From the NCBI RefSeq assembly GCF_009914755.1, contig NC_060936.1: DNA of 64,000 nt; one strand, given 5' to 3'. Origin of the DNA: the human T2T-CHM13v2.0 reference genome, Homo sapiens. How positions within the stretch are numbered: position 1 is the stretch's first letter; every line of letters starts with the position of its first letter. This document shows, piece by piece, positions 1 through 10,740 of the stretch. Below the pieces are notes generated by a model. It searched no databases and was not told the DNA's origin. It was given only the letters and a program-made list of their open reading frames with translations. The position numbers were made by a program, and so were the translations under genes.

Positions 1-232
1 TTTAGCAAACTCAGTTGTTGGTCAGTTATACCTAAGAAAAACGTACTAAGAACAACTTTCTAAAAGAAATAAAGCATGAGTAACATCTTAAAAGATAAGT
101 AGAATTTCAGCAACTAAACTTAAATGATTTATTCAAAGAAAAATGCAGAAAAATTTCAAGCAAAGTGTTCAATGTGAATAAATAATAATAGACATATATA
201 ACCTCTATAACCTGGCTCTAGTTTGTTTAGAG

Positions 233-453
233 AAAGCTTGTCCAACCCATGGCCTGTGGGCTGCATGTAGCCCAGGATGGCTTTGAATATAGCCCAACAC
301 AAATTTGTAAACTTTCTTAAAACATTATGCACCACTGCCTTTATTTTTATTTTTTATTTTTTTCAGCTCATCAGCTATTGTTAGTGTTAGTGTATTTTAT
401 GTGTGGCCCAAGACAATTTTTTCTTCAGGGAAGCCAGAAGATTGAACACCCTT
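233..453 (+). mobile_element. MER30 hAT-Charlie MITE
   Basis: Runs aagcttgtccaaccc...ggatggctttgaat...cacaaatttgtaaactttcttaaaac...gattgaacaccc; 8-bp TSD gtttagag at 225-232 and 454-461. Confidence 0.9.
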
Positions 454-461
454 GTTTAGAG

Positions 462-680
462 CAAGAGTCAGCAAACTTTTCTGTGAAAAGCCAGAAAGTA
501 TTTTAGGCTTTGCAAGTAAAATGGTCTTTGGTGCAACTACCCAACTCTGCCAATGTAGGCAAAAAGCAGCCATAGAAAAAACATAAGTAAATAGATATGG
601 CTGCATTTCAATAAAATTTCACGTATAAGAACAGTTGGTAGCATGGGTTTGGTCCTCAGACTATAGACTACTGATCCCTC
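462..680 (+). mobile_element. MER58A hAT-Charlie MITE
   Basis: caagagtcagcaaacttttctgt...gcaactacccaactctgcc...aaagcagccataga...ctgatccct; flanked by gtttagag / ttctagag. Confidence 0.85.
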
Positions 681-730
681 TTCTAGAGCATAGAAGCATC
701 GTTTTAATTTTAGAGTTTGAGGTGCACTTT

Positions 731-2020
731 TGAAATCACTTTTACAAAAATCATGACTGTGATAGAGATTTAACATCGCTAACTCCATCTTGCTTCTAAC
801 CTCACCAGTTAACTGCTTTTGTTAACTTTAAAAGACTAATGATAGTAATACCTTCCTGAAACTAACTTCCTTTTTGCTTGTGGACTAAAACCACCTCTGT
901 AAGACTAATGAAAGTGTTATTGGAAAGGGGTCCTGATCCAGACCCCAAGAGAGCATTCTTGAATCTCATTCAAGAAGGAATTCTGGGTGGATCCACAGTG
1001 CAAAGCAAAAGCAAGTTTATTAAGAAAGTAGAAGGGTGAAAGATTAGCTACTCCATAGATAGAGCAGGGCTTTCTCAAAAGAGGAGGAACGTGCCCACCC
1101 TAGGTACAATGCTTGTTTATATATAGGATAACAAAAAAATATCATAGGGAGATGTGCTCTACTACAAGGGTTTGTGATAAAGGATTAACTTTATAATTAC
1201 TATGTTTTGCAAAAATTGATATTATCTTTAAAGCAAAATTAGGAATGTTTTTGTTCTCAAGATATTGGGGTATCAGGACTTTCCTGGGACTGGGTCTGTT
1301 TAGTAAACATTATTGCTCGGTTCCCTTAACCATAAACATCTAGAGGCTGGGAATGCCTAGTCTCCTGGGAACCCAGCCCAGCAAATCCCAGCCTTATATT
1401 TTCTAGCCCTCATTCAAGATGGAGTATCTCTAGTTGGAATGCCTCTGACAAAAGGCCAAAGGTTAAGATTATGGGAGAAGCCTCAATTCTACTAAGATGT
1501 AGGCATAGTTAAACAATAACCAGCTATTGTTCCCTAGCTTGCTTTTCTATTATTGCCCAAGACTCATGTAGCCGTGGGTACAAGATTAATCATTTCCTTA
1601 ATTGCTTCTATAGATAACATCACTATTTTCAAAACCTAAGACTGATCTTTGAGATATTTTTCAGGCTTTTTCATTTGGGTAAATGAACTGACTCCAGCCA
1701 GACTTGTGACTCATACCAAGGAACTCACTCAACTGGTCCTGTGACCTCACCCAGAAACTGACTCAGCACATGAAGACAGTTTGGATATTCCTATAATTTC
1801 ATCTCCAACCAATCAGCAGCACCTGTCATCTAGCCCCCTGCCCTCCAAATTATCCTTAAAAACCCTAGCCTCCAAGCTCTCAGAGAGGCAGAATTGAAAA
1901 AAATCTCCCATCCTTCCACTCCCCTTGAAATAATTAAACTCCTTCTCTTATATGAAACACTGTCTCAATGAATTGGCTTTATTTGTGCAGGGAACAATAA
2001 AAACTCCTTGGGCTGTAACA
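731..2020 (+). mobile_element. LTR8-family (LTR8A/B-like) ERV1 LTR, interrupted by MER41
   Basis: Starts tgaaatcacttttacaaaaatcatgact...aactccatcttgcttctaacctc; contains cagaaactgactcagcac and ccaatcagca; ends gggctgtaaca. Confidence 0.75.
915..1450 (-). mobile_element. MER41-family solo LTR (ERV1)
   Basis: tgttattggaaaggggtcctgatccagaccccaagagag...caagatggagt...gcctctgaca; perfect 4-bp TSD aaag at 911-914 and 1451-1454. Confidence 0.9.
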
Positions 2021-2666
2021 TTTTGGTGACAAACTGGATATGCTGATAGGCATTATGAAGATTGGAAGGTGAATGCTCTGTGGAATATTTCTCTCTAATC
2101 AGATATTTGCATCCTAAAACAACTAATTACACCTCCAAACCTATTTCCCATATCAATCAATGATATCCCCTTATATTAGTCAGAGAATATCAGAAGTACT
2201 TTTTCTTCTACAGTTCATAGCTTATCTTACTTTTATACCTTAGCAGCATCATTAATATAACAGAGGAAACTCAGGAAAGAATATTTGATATGAAAGAATA
2301 TTAAGGACTATACATAGCTTTTGTGTTCTAAGAAATTTAAATACATAATATAAAAATTCCTTGATCTAGAAGGCCTTGGTGCTGCCTTAGGAAGTTTGCC
2401 ACAGGAAAACTCAAGAAATGTTAGGAATGGTTGTCCTACCCACCCCCATGTGTTCAGGCCACTGTGTACTGTGAAATGGACAGAGAGGGTGGTTGGGAGG
2501 AAAAATGTAGACATTGCTGTAAAAGAAGGGACCCTATTCAGAGAAGGTTTGCAAGGTAGCTCTTCAACATATTGAAAAATAATCCCTAAACTAGGATAAA
2601 GGAAAACATAAAATGCTTTTCTTTTCCACAGGGTAAGAGTACTATAAAATGTAGAAATCTTGACCT

Positions 2667-3981
2667 TGTAGGAATGGAAAGGGGGTATGTCTTTTATCAT
2701 AAAGGGTGACAGTCAACACTTCTCTAACAAAAGATCAGTTAACAAGAGAAAAGAATAGCAGATTTATTTGATAATAGCTTTCTAAGATATGAAAGTCTTC
2801 AGAATAGTGACCCAAAAGATACAGGGAAAACTGTTCAGTTTTTACGCTTTGGGTTTTATGAAGCAGGGGCAACTGTGCAGATATGTGATTGAACAAAAGA
2901 GTCTGAGCTAAGCAGATTGAGTGGGAAAACTCAACAAGATCTGTGTGCTCAGTAATATTCCTCTTTGATTCTCCCATAAAGGAAAAAAAAAAACAGAATT
3001 CCCCCACACTTATTTTGCAAAAGAGAAGATTACTCCTGGACACTGAGCCATTGCAACACCCTCTTCCAAGTGAAGAGCTGTTGCTAACGTTATGCATCAG
3101 CCAGATTTCCACAGAAAGGTAAAACGATCTTGGCCATCTGCAAAGGACTGTCCCAAGAGATCAATTATAGGCAAATTCCTTGTTGGTCTCCCATAAACGA
3201 GGACATTTCAATGGTAATTTTAGGTCTAGAATCTAAGTCTAGCTCCTAAAACTAAAACCTGTTCAATTCCACACTGAAAATGTCCATTACAAGCTTACCT
3301 TCCCAGATGCAGAACAAAGTCAAGACTCATTCCTTCACCTCCCCAGAGATGTTTACGTAATCGACTCTTCCTTTACTACCTTTTTCTCTTAAGACACTTA
3401 CTTTATCTCATGTAAAATGTGTATTTACTGGGGACTAAATAAAGTCTCCCAGGAATGTAACTATTTGTTTTACCACCTACCTGCTCCTCTACCTGTATGC
3501 CTTCCCCCACTTTAAGAAAATGAGCAAACACTAAACCTCCTGAAAAATATCTTTAGAAAAACAGTCACACATGTGTCTGTGGCATATGTTTTCTGGGACA
3601 TACCCTAAAGATGGCTTAATAAAAACCTTGATGATTGAAACATATGCCCTAGTCACTCTATTTGGTTGTCACTTTTTATAGCATTTCTTTCGCCTAGGTA
3701 GGGGACAGGACTCCTCTGGAATAAAGGCCTTGATTAATTTAAGGGCAGCTGTTACATAGAAAATCTAGGGAAGTTTAGAATAATATTTTTAGGTTTTACA
3801 GCTGGCTTTGGGGAAAAGGGGGTCTGGTTTCTATGATCCATCTTGGTGAAGAGGAATTCTAGTTTCTATGGCTTGACCCAGGAAGGAATGAGGGGCAAGA
3901 GACAGGAGGGCAAGAGAAGGTCAGAAAGAAACTTTGCTTCTGAGACCTCCAATCTGCAGTATCATTTTCTGAGCCCCAACA
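2667..3981 (-). mobile_element. MER34/MER39B-group ERV1 LTR, interrupted at ~2975-3671
   Basis: Minus-strand start tgttggggctcagaaaatgatac; body homologous to the LTRs at 31596 and 55114; plus-strand left end tgtagga. Confidence 0.7.
2975..3671 (+). mobile_element. MER4-group ERV1 LTR (LTR23/MER49/MER72-like), nested
   Basis: Splits the MER34/39 LTR at a collinear point; AATAAA near 3618; ends tttggttgtca. Confidence 0.6.
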
Positions 3982-4008
3982 CCACTCTAACTACCAATAG
4001 CTCAGTAG

Positions 4009-4250
4009 CATTACAAGACCCCACCACTTACCCAAAGGTAGCTTTTGGGTCAGGGTTTCTGCACTGTAATTGCTTCTTTGGTCACCAGAAAGATGTTACA
4101 GGACCCCACCACTCACCCAAAGGTAGCCATTGGTCAGGGTTTCTGCACTATAGTCCCTTCTGTGGTCACCGGAAATACATTACAGGGCCCCATCACTTAC
4201 CCAAAGTTGGTGGTTTCCTCACTATAGTCCCTTCATGGTCGCCAAAAATA
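4009..4250 (-). repeat. Three tandem 73-85 bp units, each with an LTR-terminus-like tgtaa(c/t) end, a PBS and leader sequence
   Basis: Units start at 4009 (cattaca), 4094 (tgttaca) and 4178 (cattaca); shared cccaccactyacccaaag and gtcccttc..tggtcrcc. Confidence 0.9.
4227..4244 (-). other. Retroviral primer-binding site, tRNA-Arg(TCG) type
   Basis: Minus strand TGGCGACCATGAAGGGAC, 17/18 to TGGCGACCACGAAGGGAC, 6 nt from the MER41 LTR 3' end. Confidence 0.85.
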
Positions 4251-4784
4251 TGTTACAGGAAAGGGATCCCAATCTAGATCCCAAGAGAGGGTTCTTGGAT
4301 CTCACACAAGAAAGAATTCAGGGCAAGTCCGCAGTGCAAAGTAAAAGCAAGTTTATTAAGAAGTAAAATGGTGAAAGAACAGCTACTCTACAGAGTAGGA
4401 CATTCCTGAAAGTAAGAAGTGGAATGCGTCCACCCTAGGTACAATACTCATATATGGGGAGATGTGCTCTGCTACAAGGGTTTGTGATAAAGGATTAATT
4501 TTCTTAATTACTATATTTTGCAAGAATCAATACTATTATCTTTAAAGCAAAATTAGGAATGCCTTTGTTCTCCAGATATTGGGATATCTGGACACTCCCA
4601 AATCTGGGTCTGTTTAGTAAACATTGTTAATTTGTTCCCTTAACTGTAAACATCTAAAGGTTAGGAACACCTAATTTTCTGAGAATGCAGTCCATCATTC
4701 TCAGAAATGCTGAGAATGAGTCTCAGCCTCATTTTCCTAGCCCTCACTCAAAATGGAGTCTCTTTGGTTCGAACACCTCTGACA
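4251..4784 (-). mobile_element. MER41-family LTR (5' LTR position, followed by PBS)
   Basis: tgttacaggaaagggatccc...ccaagagagggttcttggatctc...aaatggagtc...cctctgaca; collinear with 915-1450. Confidence 0.9.
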
Positions 4785-4900
4785 ATAATAGTACCAGTAC
4801 TTGTGAATCTTAAAAAAAAAATTGTCAGGAGTGGAGAAGAAATTTTAGGAGAGAAAAGAGATGCTGAATTGGCTTAGCAAAACTACAGCCTATAATTTTC

Positions 4901-5215
4901 TTTTTTTTTTCTTTTTTTTAGAGACAAGGTCTTGCTCTGTCACCCAAGATGGAATACAAAGAAATGGCATGATCGTAGCTCACTGTAGCCTCAAACTCCT
5001 AGCCTCAAGCAATTCTCCTGCCCCCGCCTCCAAGTAGCTAGGACTACAGGTATGTGCTACCATGCCAGGCTACTTTGTTTTGTTTTTGTTTTTGTTTTAG
5101 AAACAGGGTCTTGCTATGTTACCCAGGCTGGTCTCAAACTCCTGGCCTCAAGTGATCCTGCTGCCTTGGCCTCCTAAAGTGCTAAGATTATAGACATGAG
5201 TCACCACACCTGGCC
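4901..5215 (-). mobile_element. AluJ
   Basis: Poly-T, then gagacaaggtcttgctctgtcaccc...gatcgtagctcactgtagcctcaaactcct (J diagnostics)...cctggcc. Confidence 0.92.
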
Positions 5216-5258
5216 CAAAGACTTTTATGTTTTATGACAGTGTCTTAATTTTAAAGGT

Positions 5259-5559
5259 TTTGTTTTGTTGTTATTGTTTTTGAGGCAGGGTCTCTCTCCA
5301 TTGCCCACACTGGAGTGCAGTGGCACAATAATAGCTCAATGCAGCCTCAAACTCCTGGGTTCAAGCAATCCTTCTGCTTTAGCCTCCTGAGTAGCTGGGA
5401 CTACAGACATGCACCACGATATCCAGCTAATTTTTCTCTTCGTCCAGACAAGTTCTCACTATGTGCCCAGGTTGGTCTTGAATTCCTGGTCTCAAGTGAT
5501 CCTTCCACCTCAGCCTCTTGAGGAGCTGGGCTTACAGGTGTGAGTCATCATGCCTGGCC
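5259..5559 (-). mobile_element. AluJ
   Basis: T-rich tail, then gaggcagggtctc...atagctcaatgcagcctcaaactcctggg...tgcctggcc. Confidence 0.9.
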
Positions 5560-6007
5560 CTATAATCTCCTGAGTTGGGCAAATTCAGTGCCAAACTAGG
5601 GACCTATGCGAGCATGAGCCACTGTTTTCTAACGCTTCCTACATCAATTGAGATATTGGCCAGTATGGGAACCTTGATACCTTCCTGTGAAAAGAAAGAA
5701 TGAGCCCTAGCTGGATGACCCAACAACTACCAGAATCTTGCCCTGTTAATGAGTCAGAGGAGGGAGAGGATATAAGAATGATTTACTAAAGAGCAAATGC
5801 ATGGCAAGAAGGAAAATTTAACCATAGAAACCTAGAATAAAAGAGACGCTGTTATATTTGCACATAAATAGTCTTGAACATGTGCTGCTAGTAGACCTTC
5901 ACACCAAGGATTTAAAGGAAATATATGAAACTCTTTTAAGCCTAGTCCTAAGGAGAAGACTCAAGGATGAATTGTTTTGCCATAAACACATTTAAACTCT
6001 TTGTAAA

Positions 6008-6612
6008 TGCGTGAGTTGATTTGTGTCCCTCAAAAAAGATATGTTGAAGTCCTAACCCCTGGTACCTGTGAATGTGATGTTTTTTGGAAATAGGGCATTT
6101 GCAGCTGTAATTAAGATGTTATCATACTGAATTAGGATGGGCTTGAATCCAATGACTGATGTCTTTATAAGACATTAGGCTCCTACCTGCTCACAGACCT
6201 CACAGATGCCTGGAGATAGGAGCACTATGTTCCTTAATTATATTTCAAAGGAATGACTCCCAGTTTCTTGAGAAGAACATTCCCAGGTTATAAAATTAAT
6301 GAAAAGGTTTTAAAAAGATTTGCATCTCAAAGTGGTAGAGAAAGAATTTACAATTACGTATTTTCTTAAAATAAATGTTCTGAGAAAAGAAAAGTCTTGG
6401 GCCTTAGGGCAGGAAGAAACTTGACTAAAGTTAGCCAAGTTAAGGGAGTGTGAAGGGTTTCTTGGTCAGCTTCCAGAAAGAAACAACCCTGCTTCTAGCC
6501 AATACCTTGATCTCAGACTTCTAGCCTCCAAATTTTGAGAAAATAGGATTCTGTTGTTTTAAGCCCCCCAGTTGGAGGTAATTTGTTGCAGCAGGCCTAG
6601 TAAATGAGGACA
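6008..6612 (+). mobile_element. MLT1B-like MaLR LTR, interrupted and internally deleted
   Basis: ttgtgtccctcaaaaaagatatgttgaagtcctaacccctggtacctgtgaatgtga...; resumes caaccctgc...gacttctagcctcc...ttgcagcag. Confidence 0.8.
6174..6468 (-). mobile_element. MER31/MER67-group ERV1 LTR, 5' half
   Basis: Minus strand tgaccaagaaacccttcacactcccttaacttggctaactttag...tttgagatgcaaatc...ggtaggagcctaa. Confidence 0.65.
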
Positions 6613-6859
6613 GTAAACAGTGATGTGCAACTGAAGACATTTCTGGGATAGTGATGGTGATGTATTGTCACTGAGTTCCAAGAAGAAACACAAAGTTCGA
6701 TTAATGAAAGCATCCTCCCCAGAAAAAAACACCACTATGATGAAGTAACATAAGAAATTATTTCAAGAGACTGAAGTACTCTCTAAATTTAAATAGAATG
6801 GATAGTCATGCCTGAATGTTTATGATCACCTTAAACATCCCTCTTCGTTAGACGGTTTG

Positions 6860-6970
6860 TGTCTGCCTTTCCCTGCAAGGCATGATAAAAACAGGTCTTA
6901 TTCAGCTATTTTTTCAGAACCTGATGTACAATTATACTCAAAAGATATTTATTGAATGAATGAATGTAAG
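6860..6970 (+). mobile_element. L2 3' end fragment
   Basis: Ends atatttattgaatgaatgaatg (L2 tail); more L2-like remnants at ~7310-7660 and 9860-9990. Confidence 0.55.
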
Positions 6971-9900
6971 AATTAAGATAGCCAGTCACAAAAGAGCATG
7001 ACTACCATTTCTTTACCATCCAAAATGCAAACATCTAATTAGTAACTAAAGTTTGCTGCCTTTATTTTCTGTCAGTAAATCTCCCTTTGACATCTATTTA
7101 GTTACTGCTTTAATTGAGGTAGTATTCAAGATCTTGTTTCTACACTATTTCTATAATTTTCTTGTCTTTATGTTCTACTCTCATTCATTCATTATAGTGC
7201 TTTCAGTTATATATCTAAAAGTATGATTATTCTAAAATCCTTTAATATATTTATGCACCCTCTCAATTGTAGTGTAAACCCAAAAACTTATCTCTAATGT
7301 GCTATATAAAACTCCATGCTCCAGGAGAGTATCTGTGCCTTTTCACACTTTCTTCCCTTTACCTGGATTGCCCACTTTCACTTCCTCTACTCAATGAACT
7401 CATTTACCATCCCAAAGTCCAAGTTTAAACATCACTTTCTCCGTGAAGCCTGCCTAACATTGCCTCACTAATCACTCTTTTCCACGTATCTATTTTATCC
7501 CTCTCTTACCATATTTTAATGATTTTGTTAAAAGATTATTTCCCCTACTTGGATTATGTCTCACTTATATTAGCGTAACTTCCATCTCCTCAGGCCTTTG
7601 CCTTGTAGCAGTTGTCAATGTGGACCCTGGTGTGAGAATTATTGAATGGATTTATTTATTAATTTATTAAAAATGCAAGTATACCTAGTGAGATTAATTA
7701 TAGATACTACAATATTAAAATATAAGCAACTAGAGGTCTAGGACAAAGTAACATAAGATAGTGGAGTCCCATGAAAGCATTATTCAGTAACTTTCATGTG
7801 CACTTACCAAGCTGTGTAAGATCTTAGTGTAGTATTTATAGGAGATGATGAATTCTCCAGAGAGATATCATGGAAGATAGTACCCATAAACTAATTTTTA
7901 TCAAATTATAGACTCAAGCATCTCTATTTTCTATTATTTTCTTTAAAGTCTATGAATTATTTGTATTCTTAAATACCCAACTAGATTTTACACTGCTTAA
8001 GAAGTTCTGGATGGTTCTAATGATGAATATATTAATTTTTAATTTTTCATAGACATTATTTCCTAGTTAAGTTAAATAAATAGAGACCCCATGATATACC
8101 GACAATACAAAATTCCTGGAGAGTAAAATTTTTGCCAGAAAAAAATACACTTTTGTTTGCATTGTGACTCTGAGACTTTTAACACTGCCGAGAAGACCAT
8201 GGCCTCTTTGGACATTTCACACAATGCAATTCATTTTAGCCATAAGTAAAATACCACAAAATTCACTAGGATATGAGACTAAAGCTAAAATTTACTTTGA
8301 AAAACCATTTCAACAAAAAGTTAAAGATAACAGTGCTAGTATGAGTTATAGGTATTATGGTTATAGGTATACTTAGGGAAAAAAGTATCTGTGATAGTTG
8401 CCATTCATTAAGTACAACTAATTAATTTGCTAATTCAAATTATTTTTTACCCTTATATTAAAATGAGTCCTCTGGGTAAAGATCACTCTCATTAGTAGTC
8501 CTGCGGACTAGACTGGATTATTTTATATCTCTTGTGGCAAAAAGAGTGTTGACTTTGGCATCAGACAAATCTGGGTTTGCATCTTGGCTGCACATGTAAA
8601 AACAGTACACCTGAAAGCATATTGCTTACTCTTTCTGAGGTTCAAAGATTTTCCAATATGTCCTATGGAAAGAAGTTCTGAATCTGATAAAGCAAAATGC
8701 CATTATTTGTTATGTAAACCTCACCCCCTCTTAAAAAAAGTTGATTATTTTATAAAACTACCATTTGTGCATTAAAAGTATATGTGTGTATGTGTAATAT
8801 ATGTAATTAATTAACTAGAAAATTTAATTACTTATTCTGTATGGCATGTATAGAAAGAAGGGGGATACCTGGGACTGTGCTTATTTGCTTATATTACGTG
8901 TGGGTATTTAAGAGCACGCATGCAGGTGTGTGTATGTATACTAAAATCCAGAGTGAGAAAGTGCCCACACTCCAAAATAATATTTCTAGTTGGGAAAAAT
9001 ATTTTAGCATTGTGGGGATTTATTGTCAACTCAGTGATATTCCTCTAATGTAAGACAATTCTCTTTTGCTTTTTATTTAATTGCTTTTAATTAAAGCATG
9101 GGACTTGTTCCTCAAAGAGTAATGAACTTTGACTTTGCCTGTCCCCTTCCACAAAGAGTACCCTTCTCCTGAACATGCTAAGGTATTGAGTGATAATACG
9201 CAGAACAAAGGATTGGGTGGCTGTTTTTTTTTTTCCATTTTTTCTTTTTTTTTCTTGTTTTGCATTTGACCCACTGAGATACAATGTAAGGCAATTAAAA
9301 TTGTTGGTTGTACAGAATGCTAACCTGCTTTCTCTATGAGCTTATGAGCTTTTGAATTTAATTGGCTTCTTTCTACACCACCATTCAAATGGTGACATGT
9401 CTGCTACTTAAGTTACCTGAGGATAAAAAGGAAAGATATGGGCAGTGGAATATGGAGCATCCTTGCCAAAAGCTGTCCTTTTCTTTATGGATGTCTGAGA
9501 TTTATCGAGGTCATACACTATGTTTCTAATGTAGAGCATTATGCAACTTTGGGGAAATTCTTCTTAAGTGTAAATTAATTATCCTGTAATAGAGATATAG
9601 AGAAGAGAAAATAAAAGCCCAATTATTCAATAAATATGGTCAACATTAACTAGCATCACTGAATCCTCATGAAAATATAAGGAACTTTAGTAATAAAAAA
9701 TGCAGCTGAGAAATACAGCTTTAGCTTCTCATTAAAAACACAGTTCAAATGCTTTCTCTTTGACGTCTTTCTGTCATGCAAAGTTAGTTCCTATTTTTTT
9801 CTGTGTTCCTGTACATTTTGCATATTTTTTCTGTATTACAGCCCCAACCTTTTCCCTGCATGCCTCCATCCTTCATTCTTCAAAAGCAGGGATCCAATAT

Positions 9901-10147
9901 AATTCATTTTAGTATATTTAGCACCTCATGAAGAACCAGACATTTAATTCTTAGCAGGAGCTCAAAAATGTTTAACGAATGAATGAATGAAGCACTACAT
10001 AGACCCACAAAGTGTGTGTTGTCATAGAATTAAATAGGGTCATTCACGATAAAAGAGACAGAAACTTATCTCAGGTTAACCTAAGCATAAATAATTATAT
10101 TGGTTTATATAACTGGGATGTTGAAGAATAAAGCAGGGCTCACTTTA

Positions 10148-10585
<438 letters not shown>

Positions 10586-10740
10586 TTACAGTTCTGGAAG
10601 AAAAATACTGTTCAAAACTGTGATAATCAGCTTGAACTTTTGGTTGACCTATCTGGGACCATGTACCTATTCCTATAGCTAGCTGGAGTTGAAGTAGGCT
10701 AAACCTAATTTAAAATGTACTCAAGGTTATCTAAAAATTC

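Noticed and set aside
2021-2040. ttttggtgac after the LTR8-like LTR as a PBS
   Set aside because: No extended tRNA match that I can identify and no internal sequence follows; cttt/tttt fits a degenerate TSD.
3843-4277. 144-aa ORF and a CRISPR-like look of the 85-bp repeats
   Set aside because: The ORF runs antisense through an LTR and the PBS tandem repeat. Units are contiguous without unique spacers, there are no cas genes, and the DNA is eukaryotic.
915-4784. Two MER41 LTRs as the ends of one provirus
   Set aside because: The 915-1450 copy has its own aaag TSD inside another LTR, and the DNA between them is host sequence and unrelated LTRs, not gag/pol.
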